Source: Lama glama (taxonomy: Eukaryota). Taken from it: a stretch of 64,000 bases of DNA. The notes below the pieces were generated by a model. That model had not been told where the DNA came from, made no database searches, and saw only the letters and a list, made by a program, of their open reading frames with translations. Every line of letters begins with the position of its first letter. Positions within the stretch are counted from its first letter, which is position 1. The position numbers and the translations under genes were made by a program. This document shows, piece after piece, positions 51,733 to 64,000 of this stretch. The DNA is taken from positions 16,060,001 through 16,124,000 of the forward strand of contig CM052817.1 in NCBI GenBank assembly GCA_028534125.1, in the 5' to 3' direction.

Positions 51733-52842
51733 GTGTAGAACAGTAACATCTCAGTGACGATGAGCACTCCTGAAGCCTAGTTTTTGGTTTCTAATACCAT
51801 TCTCCAGTAAAATAAACCCAGGAGCCTTGCAGAAATGGCTGATTCTTGGACGGGGCAAGAAATAAACAAAATAACCTTAGAGTATCTTGCAGTGACAGAA
51901 AGTCAGGAAGTGCTCAAACATGTGTACACACACACACACACACACACACACAATGATAGGAGCATGTCAAAGGGACCCAAAAGCCAACTAAAAGATCTCC
52001 CAACTGCCAAAGCTGGGACAAAATAAATAACATAGTATTGGATTATAAGTCAAGAGTACTAAAGTAAATATCCACGAGTCCATACTGATATAAGTAAATA
52101 ATTCAGATAAATAAGTAAATGAAAGAGAGGAGACAAACTTCCCATGCAGCAAAATTCCAAATAATTTCTGTACACATGCCACCCTCAAAGAGGTACAGAG
52201 TGTAACTCCAAATTTTTAAGTGTGGGCAATGTATTGCAAATTCCTTCCAAAGAGTACAGTATGAAAGAAAGGAAAACTAAAAAATAACCTGACAGCGGAG
52301 AAACCTGACAAACATGACTTCAGCCAGATGATCAAGTTCAACAGCAACAGTGATAAGACAGTATGCACCTGCGATATGATGCGATTTACCTCTGTCATCT
52401 TCCCCACAAAAACCCACGAGGCTACTCTAATCCTAAGAAAAACATCGGACATATCTCAATTGAGGGGTATCCTGCAAAATGCCTGACCAGTCCTCTTCAA
52501 GACTGTCAAGATCATCAAAAACAAGGAAAGTCAAAGAATGGTCACAGCCAGGAGGAACCAAAGGAGACATGACAACTAAATCTAATGTGGTGTCCTGGAT
52601 GGAATCCTGGTGCAGAAAAAGGACATTAGGAAAAAATTCAAGACATATGAATACAGCAAGGCCTTTACTTAACAGTAAAGTATCAATACTGGTGCATTCA
52701 TTGTAACTAATGCACCATACTAACGTCAGATGTTAATATTAGGAGAAACTCTGTGCAGAGTATATGGGAACTCTGTATTACCTGTGCAATGTTTCTGTAA
52801 TTATAAAACTAATCTAAAATTAAACAATAATTTTAAAAAAAG
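51733..52842 (+). mobile_element. Ancient L1 3' end (L1MC/L1MD class), containing (CA)13 at 51927-51952
   Basis: ccaaagctgggaca...ggagaaacctgacaaaca...cctgaccagtcctcttcaagactgtcaagatcatcaaaaacaaggaaagtc...tatatgggaactctgta...aaaactaatctaaaatt. Confidence 0.9.
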
Positions 52843-53789
52843 ATAACCTATTTTCAACAAAGCCACATACATGCCACATAAACCATTTTACATGATCTAA
52901 GGATGGGATTTAATTCAGGGTAAAATAAGGAAACTTAACTATGATTTCTATACACTGGCCTTCATGGCAGCCCAAAGGCTTCAATCATCAAATGTTTTTT
53001 AATGAATATTTTAAAACTATAAGATCACCCATGGTCTGTGGGTCATCCTTCCTTATCATTGAGCAAACTAGTAAAAGACCAGAGGCAGCAGCTGCTAAGG
53101 AAACAAAGGAAGCTTTAAAAAAACAGTGTGGCATGTGGTTCCACCTGTGCTGTCTGATACCAGCCCCAACAATCCTCTACTGAGTGGTGGTAGTGAAGGG
53201 TGAAAAATCAGCGAGTCACTCTCAGCTCGGGCAGTAAGAGGTAACACCTTCAGCTTGAGTGTGTGCGTACCTGGTGTGAAAGAGATCCGAAAATTGCAAC
53301 TTTAAACGTCTTGGGTATTGACAGAGCAATCTATGTGGCAGCTAAGTAGACATTAATGTACTACAAAATACCTGTTGGAACATCACAAACTAAGTTATTT
53401 TCCCTCCTACCTATACACCAAGAGAGTATAATCTACTGAGGGGAAAAAAAGAATTCTTGATTTTTAAATTGAGCTAAAGTGCAAGGCCAGGGAAGGGAGG
53501 GGGCCCAAGTAAGACTCTAGTCAGTGAAATGAGATGCGCTGACCTTCTCCGAGTGCGAGCACTTCACATAGCCCACCTGTAGCAAATACCTGGTAATACC
53601 CCAGCAGCTCGCTGACAGAGTGGAGGCCCTCTGATATCCATTCTGACATCCCACCTGTTTGGCACAGAACAGCCCTTTTCCATCTCCAAGAATCACGGTG
53701 CTGTCCCAATGTTACAAGGGACCTGAAAAGCTATTGTATCCAGCTGATCATTTGACACCTGATCCATCACCATAGGATATCTGCCAAGG

Positions 53790-54345
53790 GATCCTTCAGC
53801 CTCTCTTTGGGACCAGAACTTCACTACCTTTCAAGGCATGTTCCAAGGGCGTCATTGTCCCTGCTTGATCCCATTTCTCTGATATCCTCTCTTACTACCT
53901 CTGCTCCAGCCATCTCTGATTTCTTCATTGTTGCTTGTGCACTCCATGTACACTCCTGCCACAGGGCCTTTGCACTTGCCTTTTCCTCTACTGGAAATGC
54001 TATTCTGCCATATATTTACATGTCTTGCTCCCTCACCTTCTTCATGTCTTTGCCCAAGTGTCACCTTCTCAATGAAGCTTTCCCTGACCACCTTATTTTA
54101 AATTGTCCCATTTCTACCTTCATTCCCAATATTCTATCCTCCTTAATGGCTTAATTTTTCTCTACAGCATGTATCACCATCTAACATAGTGTGTATTTTA
54201 CTACTTATTTCTTCATTGTCTTAGTCTCCCCTCTAGAATATAAGCTCCCTCAGGTCAGGGTTCTCTATTCATTACTCTACCCCCAGCACTCAGAAATCTG
54301 GTTTGCCTATGTCACTAAATTCATATAAATTCAAGAATGAATGAA
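53790..54345 (+). mobile_element. L2 (L2a-like) 3' region
   Basis: cctgccacagggcctttgcacttgcc...gtcaccttctcaatgaagctttccctgaccacc...ctagaatataagctcc...gaatgaatgaa. Confidence 0.88.
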
Positions 54346-54679
54346 CACTGAACTCCTAAGCAAAACTTTGTTTGATTGGGTCATATTTATAGAAACTTTA
54401 TACACCACCCTATAAAAAAGTTAATCCACAATATGTATACATTCCAGTTTATGACATTCCAGTTTATAGTATTATAAACTTTTTGTCAAAATGCCTTTTA
54501 AGATTGACTTTCAGTGTAGAAAATACAATCACCTTATGTATTAAAAGTGATGATTATGACATAGGTTTTCTTTTGTTCTTACTTAGGTAGTGAGTGGGGA
54601 AATTCACACATACATATGAAATTTCATTTCTCATTCATCTCTGCCCTCCTATCTTCTACATGGAGCCTAGCATGTTGCT

Positions 54680-55198
54680 TTCAATGTACGTCCACACTAA
54701 AACTTGTACACGAACGTTCATAGCAACATAAGAATCAAAAATCAAGAGAGAAAAGAAAAAAATACAAATGTCCATCAACTAGTAAATGGATAAACAAAGT
54801 GTTATATGTCCATACAATGGAAAACTATTAAGCAATAAAAAGCAATGATCTACTGATACACACTGCAACATGGATGAGCCTTCAAAACATTATGCCACAT
54901 GAAAGAAGCAAAATTCACATGTATATGATTCTCTTATATATAAACTATAAAAAAAGCAAATCTATAGAGTCTTAAAGTAAAGTAGTGGTTGCCTGGGGCT
55001 GGAGGTGGAATTGAAGATTGACAGCAAATGGGTGTGAAGAATCTCTCTGGAGTGATGGACATATTCTAAATTTGGACCGTGGTGATGGTTGCACAATTAC
55101 GTAATTTGCTGAAAATCATTGAGTTATACAGTGAGAATAGGTGAATTTTATTGAATGTTAAATATACTTCAATAAAGATATTTTTAAAAGAAAAACAA
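54680..55198 (+). mobile_element. Ancient L1 3' end (L1MB/L1ME class)
   Basis: aaatgtccatcaactagtaaatggataaacaaa...aacatggatgagcc...gtggttgcctggggctgg...ggtgatggttgcaca...caataaag. Confidence 0.9.
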
Positions 55199-56289
55199 AG
55201 TGGGAACCAGCCAGGCACCATCTCACATTAGCACTGTGTTCCGAGTCAATGCCTTGAACAGAGGCAGGGGAGAGCCTCCAACAGTGGTTCCCTACAAGGG
55301 CAAAAACGACCTCTGCCTAGTCTTAGCAGAGGGAGAAAAGGCTGATGATACCAAACCCCAAAATATATCCCAGTGTCACAGCAGAGCACTGAAAAAGAAG
55401 TTTGAGAGTTGCGTCTGCCCTTCTGGGTTTCTTCCAACTGGAAGGTATGACATGTGCAGATGAACTCCCAACTTAAGAATATTTTTACGCCCAAGCCCCC
55501 AAAGAGAGAGAAAGCAACTCATCAAGCATTCCTTCATTCAGTTTTCAAGACAGTCATTGAACTTCTATTTTGCACAATCACCTGGTAGGGGTTGGGGACG
55601 CACAGATCCATCAGATCCAATGAAGCTCAGAATCGTTCTGATACTGTCACTCGAGGCTCAGGAAGCTCCAAAAGAGATCCCCTAGTTCTCTCTCCTGACA
55701 GCTGAGATTTCCTGGGAGGCCAGGGGAGAAGGCTCTGGCAAGCTCACAAATCTCTCCCGCCAGGATCCCAAGAGAAGGATTAAAGCCCTGGACTGTGCTC
55801 CCGGGTTGACCATAAGGCAGTAGGTGCCTGGGGTGTTTTACAGGTAATTCCCTCCCTCCCTTGAAGGTCCAGCCTTCTGGGTTTCTGCTTCCCTGTCAGT
55901 CTCTTTTTCTCAGGCAGACAGTTCATCCGTTGAAATCAATAGGAAATCAATAAAATGCAAACACGGCCCTTCACCCTTGCTGGTTTAGACTCTCTCCTTT
56001 CAAACCTGAAAACACGGCAGTGTTTCCTTCACAGCAGCCCCCTTGGTGACTTAAAAGCCTCTTCAGTTTTTGCCATCTTACGGCTCTCCTCCGCTCTGAT
56101 GCGAAGTCACTTTGTTGTTCATCCAAGGAAGGTGACTCTTCCAAAACCCAGTACCCTGTGTCCTGGATTCAGTCAGCCACCACTTCCCACATGCTGTATT
56201 TTAGTCCCTTGGTGCTTTTCCATCAGCCGAACAGAAGACTGTGCATGGAAGTCAACGTGGGCAGGTGTGTCGCCTGCCCAGAGATGTCA

Positions 56290-56442
56290 GAGGTGGCTCA
56301 TGAGGGTAGCAAGTTCCCCATCCCTGGAGGCATTCAGACAGAGGGCTCACGATTCATTAGAGATCCTGGAGTCAACACTCTGACATTGTTTGAGGTTGGG
56401 CTAAATGACCCCGAACGTTCTTCTGATTCTGAGATTTTGTCA
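56290..56442 (+). mobile_element. L3/CR1 (or MIR3) 3' end fossil
   Basis: gagggtagcaagttccccatccctggaggcattcagacagagg...gaggttgggctaaatgacc...tctgagattttgt. Confidence 0.65.
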
Positions 56443-56699
56443 AAGTGGGAACGACAGATCCCTAACATATTATAAAAGCCAAACAGCCTTGGTCAGCACT
56501 GGCCGGGACAAATCAGCCCCTCCGCACAGAAATCTTCAGAAACACCTGGAGAGAAGCAGACTGTCAAAGACCAGACAAACTGACGCCAAGGCGGTAGAGT
56601 CAGGGTGCGTTAGTGTCAGTGGGGCTACAGCTGTTCAGAGCAGCTGAAAGGGTCAGAAATATGGGGGAACATTACATGGAGACCATGACAACATGACGG

Positions 56700-56930
56700 C
56701 TGAAGGTGTGAGACTGAACTGGGTTCCAGTATCACTTCTGCCGTTCACCATGGTAGCTCAGCAACCTCACACAAGTTATATGACCTCTGTCCAGACATCA
56801 GTCTCCTCATCTGTGAAATGGGAATACGAACTCAGAGAGTTGTTATGAAGATTCAGTGGGATAACACTTGAAAAGGGGCGCCGTCCCAGGAACATCGGAA
56901 GCTTCCCAGATGTTGAGGTTCATTGTTACA
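56700..56930 (+). mobile_element. MIR SINE
   Basis: gaactgggttcc...caagttatatgacctctgt...cagtctcctcatctgtgaaatggga...gttgttatgaagatt. Confidence 0.8.
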
Positions 56931-57619
56931 AATTCTTACTCCACTGAAGTGTCGAATTTGCTTGGCTGTCAGCATGGAAAGGAATTATTAGACACCTCAC
57001 AGACTGTAGTAAGAGGTGCAGCCCCAGAGAAAATGTCAGCCTGGATAGACCCTAGATGTAACTCATGGGGTGCCTCTTAGGCATCCTGTGAAGATGCCTG
57101 ATTCCTTGGAAGGTTCATCCCCACTCCAGGGGGAGCACTTTCATGATAGCTCCACCCATCAGACAACCAGCATGGAGACCACGTGGAGCAGGCTGGGTCG
57201 GCTCTGAGACAGCTATGCAGACATGTCACTTTGATGTCTCTCTCTTTGGAGAATCCTGCTTCTTGGACTAACACTCATTTTAAGTTTAGAATAACTTTGT
57301 GTACCTGGCAATGTGGACTGATACCAAAAGAAAAAAGTTCATTTTGTCAGAGAAATGTAGGCAAGCCACCCGGAGATGGTCATGAGAGAGTCCCAGGCCA
57401 CATCTGCACACACACACCTGAAGCAGATACCTGACCATGATGGGTGGTTATATTGCTAACTGTAGAAAAGGAGAGCCATGCAGATGGGAGGAATAACCAA
57501 ATCATGTGCCTGATTTAGTCCTATGGATGACAAAGGAAAAACAGGTAACAAAACATCAAATGAGTCCTTTGCAGCTTCTTTGTCTTCACTCCTATTTTTC
57601 AACCTAATCTGACCATAAG

Positions 57620-57753
57620 ACTAGACCAGGATGCTTAGTAAATTCAGGTTCTGGGGCCTCTCAGTCAATCCGTCAGTTAGGAGGCTTGGAAATCTGTATT
57701 TTAATAAGCATCCCAGGTGATTCATGGAGGCAGGTAAGTTTGGAGAACAACTG
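57620..57753. mobile_element. MER5-like hAT-Charlie MITE
   Basis: ggaaatctgtattttaataagcatcccaggtgattc...aagtttggagaacaactg. Confidence 0.75.
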
Positions 57754-57799
57754 TCTTAGTGCCAAATCATTGATTATTGGTTTGGTTCCTTAACAAGCA

Positions 57800-58020
57800 C
57801 TCATCATATATGCCAGAACCTTCCTCTTGTAACGCACGTGAGACATGCCTCCCAGTCCTCCCAATTTCCCCGTGATGCCGTGACGGTTATCCCCATTTTC
57901 AAAGACAGAGACTGAAGCTCAGCAAGGTAAGTGACTTGCCCTGTTAAGGGCCAGAGCTGGGGCTCCAGCCCACATCTTCTGATTGCCACCCAGGGCCTTT
58001 TTCCATGATCTCACGGTTGC
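57800..58020 (-). mobile_element. MIR SINE
   Basis: ttatccccattttcaaagacagagactgaagctcagcaaggtaagtgacttgccc. Confidence 0.8.
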
Positions 58021-59294
58021 CTCAGTAATCTGAATCACTCCTCTATCAACAACTCCAAGACCGATGATCCAGGCAGCCATATGGGACTAGTCATGGGATC
58101 CTCCCAGACTAATTCTGACATGTCTTTCATAGCAACAAAGAGCAGCTGCATTTCAAATGGGATGTCACTGGCTGGAAATGGCACCCTGCCCAACACATGG
58201 CCTCTTTAGACATCCTGTGAAAATGCCCAAAGAATGCTCTTGCAAAGTGTTTATTTTCTCTCGTAATACTAAATACAAATGTTGTCCCCCTGGAATCTGG
58301 TAGCATGGGGCCCACGTATAACTTTATCAGAGTAACTGCCGCCCTGACACAGTTCCCTACAGAGGCTGCGCTGTGTCTGTCATTAGTTCACAAGCTGCAC
58401 TATTGGGTAAAGATGCCTTTAGAAAACATATCATTTACCCAATAGACTGAAATGGATCTCAAGAAGCTCCTCCAGTGTATCAGGTAATTACAGGGGAAGC
58501 CCTGTATTATTTACTGGAGAAAATGGAATGCTGCCCCGGGAGGCACAGAGGTCCATCCCTGCTCTTCATAATAAATAGATGATCCCATTTTGTGATAACA
58601 ACCATCGAGCTGACTCTGATTTCTGAGGCTTTTTTTCAAAAATCCTTTTGTTGCTTTTCTTTATATGTATATAGCTAATGGCTCCAAGCCAACCATAAAT
58701 TATAAAATACCTAAAAAATTCATTGTAATCCCATCCACAGCTTTATTTAGCAGAAGGGAGTGCAAAATCCTCCGAAATCTCATTTATTTCACGACTGCGG
58801 TAATGACCACTTAAACAGGCAGCATATGGCAGCATCTCATCTCACAGGGCTTTCAGAAGCTTAGAAGCCACAGGCCTACAGTCAACTGACCCACCTTCAA
58901 ATGCAGCCACTCTGGGGACCCCAGCTATAGCGAAGCATAGTGAGCAACAAGGACTTAACCTTGACTCTCGTCATCTCCAGTCTGGAGGCTCGCTGGCCTG
59001 GGCCTCTGCTTCCTCCCCAAAAAGCCACTCTTCAGAGTCTGAGACTGGAGGAGGGCTGCGTCCCCAGGACCTACCACGGCCCCTGGCATTCTGAGGCTAC
59101 ACGATAAACATGTGTCCCCTGAGAAGGTCCCTTCTTCCGGCTCTCACTTCCTGTAACTCAGTCACTATATTCACCGCTTTGTCCCAGCACCTGGAACAGT
59201 GCTGACACAGAACAGAGCTACCTTTGCAGCTGGTGATTTTTTTTTTCCTTTTGCAACAGGCCTCAGCTACTTTATTACATGGCCTTTATTTCTT

Positions 59295-59394
59295 CTTTTG
59301 TTTTTTAATGGAGATACTGCGGTTTGAACCCAGGACCTTGTACATGCTAAGTGTGTGCTCATCCACTGAGCTACACTGCCCCCCTGCCCCCTCA
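59295..59394 (-). mobile_element. tRNA-Ala-derived camelid SINE (Vic-1-like, short form)
   Basis: Reverse complement reads gtgtagctcagtggatgagcacacacttagcatgtacaaggtcctgggttcaaaccgcagtatctccatt; 12-bp TSD cctttatttctt at 59283-59294 and 59395-59406. Confidence 0.88.
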
Positions 59395-59753
59395 CCTTTA
59401 TTTCTTGAGCCTCCATCATCTCCCCCAGTGAAAAAACTGTAATGGGAGGAAGGAAATGAGGGACACAACACAAGAATCACCCTTGAAGGCAGACTGGGGT
59501 CAAGGAGAGCAAAGAGACGCTCAAAGGCAGAAGAGGATCTGGAAGATTACAAGTGAGGAGCTAGAAAACAGCTATGAATCTGTTTAGTCGTTAAAAAATA
59601 TATTTCCTGAACACACAGAGCATGCAAAGCTCTGTGCTAGACACACCTCCCCTCCGAGGCATGGAGAAGAGTAATGATTACTTCTTAGCCAAAGACCCAT
59701 GGCACTCATCAGAGAAGGGTCAGCTTCCTCAGAGAAGCATAACCCAAATGAAA

Positions 59754-59831
<78 letters not shown>
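59754..59831. repeat. Compound microsatellite (TAC)13(TAA)13
   Basis: Two perfect abutting trinucleotide runs. Confidence 0.97.
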
Positions 59832-59834
<3 letters not shown>

Positions 59835-61921
59835 TGCCAACTCAGAGAACCACATGGAAAAGATAGAACTAGGGACCAGAAGGCAGAGCTGAGGAGGAAA
59901 GGTCAAAGGTGAGGAGTGCAAGCAACACAGCTCACACCACGAGGATAGTGCCAATTTGCTCTATTTTACGCATTCTGCACAAAAGTCAGTCAAAAGTCCC
60001 CATGATTTTTGGAAAGAAGTCTTAAAACCCAATCTTTAAAACTCTGCTCTCTCAATACTGGATGGGAAGCTTCTTGAGAGCAGGGTTTGGACAGTGTCTT
60101 CAAGGCATGGAAGAATTCTTGGGCTTCTAAGTGCCTCATAGGCACCAGGCATTCTGAGAGGTGACAGGCATTCAAGTGACAAAACACAGTTGCTCTGTCT
60201 TCGAGGAGTTTACCATTTAAAGAAGGGAACCAAGAGGAAACAGATCACTTTCATTACATCTTGGGTATCTTAGGATAGATGTAGGTAATGAGTCAACCAC
60301 CACTTATATGCGATGATGCAGATTTCATTTCCAGGAAATTGTCTGCAATCTTGAAGGTTAACTTCTAAGGGCATAAGTTACTCTGTATGCCATATACAGG
60401 TCATCTTACGGAGCACACTCCTGCAAACAGCATGGGGGAAAACAGCACAACTGAAGACATCTTTAGTGGGATGTTGCTTGTGTCTTTAATCAACTATATG
60501 AGATTCTAGTTAAAAGATGGCCTTCAAGAATATTACATAAATGAAAAAGAACACCATAAGCCATCATCATTCGTCCATTCATTACTCTTTTCTTGAACTG
60601 AAATGTATCTCTTTAATCATTAGGCTGTCTCGTTGGAAGCCAAAGTCAGATTGGATCAAAATATTTGGAGAAATGTGAAAGAACACCTTCATAATGGCCC
60701 CAGAATAATTCATTTTAATGCATAACTATTTAGCACCTAGTATTTGCAACTCACTGAGATTTAAGTAAATTCCAGCCTAGCCTTCCAGAGACATACAATC
60801 TAGTGCCAAAAACAGCAAGCAAAGAAGCACTTTTGTTAGAAGAGGATACCTGCTATCATGATATCTAGGTGTTCATACTTTAAAACAATGCCTGTAATGA
60901 GTAAGGGCCACAAGTTCTAAAAGGCAAGTCACCATCAGTGGTTTTTTTAGTAGCATTACTCAAATGACATCATAAACACATGGGAGGCTGCCCAGCAGAA
61001 GAAAAGAAACAGCAAATGTACCAAGTCCTTTCTTGGAAGAGCTACCAGTTTTGAGATCTTTATGATTTTTTTTTTATCTGCCTTCGTACTAAATCACAGC
61101 ATACTCTACAATCTTACTTGAAGCAATTAACTGTGGGAGGGAAAAGTTGAATATTCCTTGGGAAAGATTGTCCATTTCCACCTGCTAATGCACCATCTAA
61201 AATGACCATTTATATGCACAATCATTTACCTGATGCATAATACTTAACTCGAAAATTATCACTAAGAGGTATTCCCGGTGCCAGCGTTTGAACACAGGGT
61301 TTTGGTGCAAACGCTGAAGCATTTCTACAGATAATGAAGCACTCAACAAAGTCCCCTTTGTTAGACAATAAAAATAAATGATTTCAAAAGCCATCAACTG
61401 GTGATAAACAAATATATTTTATAGTAAAGCAGTTGGAGATTTGGGGGTAAGCTCATATTTCACTACCACGGGTTTGTTTTGCCTTTTGTTTTTGTTTCTT
61501 TTTTAATCACAACCTACTCGGTATTCTCCACCTACAGCTTATCTTCTTTTTTTATTAATAATAAAAAGAGCTGCTTCCATTTATGGAATGCTTCTTTGTG
61601 CCAGGACTGGGCTAAGCAGCTTGCAGTCACCATCTTATTGAGTCTGTGCATCTCTTTAGGAGACAAATTCTATTACAACATCCTGTTCTACAGAGGGGTT
61701 TGTGCAAAGTAAGCACAAATGCATAGCTTTTTAAGAAACTTTGTAACTTTCAAAGTGTTTCGACATAGCTGGTCTGTTTTTTGTGGTCTAGTTGCAACTT
61801 CAAGCACTGAGGAATGAATATATGTATATGAATATATATGACATTTATGAATATATATGACAAGGATCTTAACCTACAGAAGTGAATGGACCTGCCTAAG
61901 TTGACATGATTACCAAGTGGT

Positions 61922-62381
61922 TGTACCAGACAGCAGAAAAGTGGCCACAACGCTTCACTTCCCTGTAACCACTCCCCTTTGTAATGTAATTTTGCAGTTC
62001 CTCCCACCAGGAGGTGGAGCCTCTTTCCCCTTCAATCTGAACTAGCCTTTGGATTTGCTTTGAACAATCCATTGTGTTAGAAGCAGGCTCGAGAGGTCTG
62101 GCATTTTCTGTGCTCCTTCCGCCAAGAGAACGAGCTGTGCTAGCTTGATGGATGGTGAGAGACATATGGCCCAGCCACCCCCATCACTTCAATTGACAGC
62201 CTGCAAGCTCCAAGTCAAAGTGCCTAGCTAACAGTCAGCTCACTGCAAATGTGGACATAAACCTAGGTGAGACAAAGTCAAATTAAAGAACCACAGAACT
62301 GTGAGCCAAAGAAAAAAGATTGCTATTTATGACCATTAAATTTTGGGGTGGTTTGTTACACCACAAGAGCTGACTGATACA
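61922..62381 (+). mobile_element. ERVL-MaLR solo LTR (MLT1F/G-like)
   Basis: gtggccacaa...tttgcagttcctcccaccaggaggtggag...ccacagaactgtgagc...ttttggggtggtttgttacacc...gactgataca. Confidence 0.82.
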
Positions 62382-63031
62382 GCAGCACTGCTGAAAACAG
62401 AGTTCAGAAGTCAAGGCTGTCTCAACTTGCATGTTTTTCATTTGTTACAGAAGAACTAGATTACTTTGTAAGTAAAACATAAATATTGAGGGCAAGAGGC
62501 TTAAAGTAACATTAAAAGATGAATTATTTGACTTAAACAATAGGTAGGGGTTAATTATTCCTGCATGAGTGTGTTTCACTACTGGATCCTACTCACCATT
62601 CTACCAGGGAGTGATGTCTGACTAGGATTTTCTATGGTTATTGCCCTACTTCTCCAATCTATCAATGCTTCCCCCTACCATGAAAGACTGCATCCACTGT
62701 GACTACATGTCCAATTTGAGTTCTGAAAATATAATGATCATGAAAAACTTTTAGCGGCATTTACATACATAACATTACATTTTAAATTAACATTGCATTA
62801 GCTCAATATTCTCCAAATCTTATTCATTTACATATCACTTTCACAATCTTTGCTCATCTGCAAACTACCAATATTGTTATTTACTGAGTATTTTTCTTTA
62901 AACGAGATTCAAAATGACTCACACTTTTTACTTTGCCTAATCCTAAGGGATAATAATCATGCGATCACTTGTTTCATGAACTAATAATATATTTTTCTAC
63001 ACAATTGTTAAAATAAAAATGCATACATTCA

Positions 63032-63176
63032 GGGGGAGGGTAGGGTATAGCCCAACTAATAGAGTGCATGCGTAGCATGCACGAGATCCTGGGTTCAATC
63101 CCCAGAACCTCCATTAAGTAAACAAACAAGCAAACAAACTTAATTATCTCCCCCGTTTAAAAAAAAAAAGTAAAAT
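63032..63176 (+). mobile_element. tRNA-Ala-derived camelid SINE (Vic-1-like)
   Basis: gggggagggtagggtatagccc...agagtgcatgcgtagcatgcacgagatcctgggttcaatccccagaacctcca; 15-bp TSD aaatgcatacattca at 63017-63031 and 63177-63191. Confidence 0.9.
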
Positions 63177-64000
63177 AAATGCATACATTCATCTGTGTAT
63201 CACCTACAATCATCCTGCTCGCTATACTCTGAGAAATACTACATGACCCATATTTGACCGACTTCAACTCTTTACCTTTGACTATTAGCTACAGGGGAAG
63301 GGCATCTACAAGGCTTTTATATGCCAAAGGGAAAGCTGATGCAGATGACAATTCCATTGGTCACTTAGTTGACCAACACCATGCCACCTGAAGAAGTCTG
63401 CACAGTGTTCTAGCCCTGGGCCCAACAACCAAATGCTCTTTCATTGGCTCAGCTGAGTTTTTGACTCTTTTCCGGACTCTTGATCTGAATAAGCAACTTG
63501 ATGTAGAGCAGGGTAAATCTCACTCGGCCCTCAGATGGCCTTGAGACCATGAAACTGTTCATTCCCACCCATGAGGACCAGAAGATGGATGTGCAAAAGT
63601 ATCAATATTCCCGATGTCCCACAACATTTTTTTTAATACTTTTGATCCTCGATGTAATTCTTTAAGTAGAAGCATTTAAAGCCGTGATTCCTGCATTATT
63701 TACAACATCAACTCAAAAAATGACCTCTCTGGGACAAAACCAGTTGCTTCTGATTTATCCAAGTAGGTCTCTGCCAGTCCACAATAAACCAGCTTCAGCC
63801 TTGGGAACATATTTTTGCCCCTTCGATTATTGCCCACAAACAGTATCAAGGAAATGCTATAAAACAGAGTGACTATTAATCAAAACAGTAATTAAACTGT
63901 CCCATGATTTCTCTAAGACAGTAGACTTAAGAGAAATGCTAATAGCTAAAAATCACTGTAACCAGGAAGTCTTGACTAATGGATTAGTATCTACAGGAGT

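Larger units (their letters stand above)
1..64000. other. Non-coding mammalian (probably camelid) region, likely a large intron or gene desert
   Basis: Dense MIR/L2/MLT1/MER repeats, overall CpG depletion, no ORF with a recognisable domain, no chain of splice-bounded coding exons, camelid-type tRNA-Ala SINEs. Confidence 0.85.

Noticed and set aside
57731..57933. Perfect plus-strand donors caggtaagt and aaggtaagt
   Set aside because: Both lie inside MER5 and MIR fossils with no matching acceptor or exon
378..63872. All ORFs in the supplied six-frame track (60-142 aa)
   Set aside because: Lengths are as expected by chance, there are no recognisable domains, many overlap MIR/L2/L1/LTR or microsatellites, and they form no consistent exon chain
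1..64000. CRISPR array, operon, endogenous viral coding sequence, NUMT or foreign insert
   Set aside because: No regularly spaced repeats, long ORFs, gag/pol/env-like frames, mitochondrial-like sequence or compositional discontinuity beyond simple repeats were seen

Overview
This is mammalian (placental) non-coding genomic DNA, very probably from a camelid. Four copies of a short tRNA-Ala(AGC)-derived SINE resemble the camelid Vic-1 family, and two L1 3'-UTR fragments are of cetartiodactyl type. I find no recognisable protein-coding exon, RNA gene or processed pseudogene; the listed ORFs look like chance frames, many inside repeats. The window is a mosaic of ancient eutherian repeats (MIR, L2, L3/CR1, MLT1 LTRs, hAT and TcMar MITEs, old L1M 3' ends), younger lineage-specific insertions with intact target-site duplications, TA-rich tracts and microsatellites. 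Between these lie multi-kb repeat-poor islands with motif clusters that look like enhancers or conserved non-coding elements. Base skew (judged by eye) and TE orientation suggest a large intron of a minus-strand gene, but I cannot name the gene. The best lead is a candidate 6-nt minus-strand microexon at 23610-23615 with a consensus donor, a plausible acceptor and a downstream RBFOX motif. The sequence alone does not support a new biological system. Repeat family names are from recalled consensus sequences, and their boundaries are approximate except where TSDs or termini are quoted.
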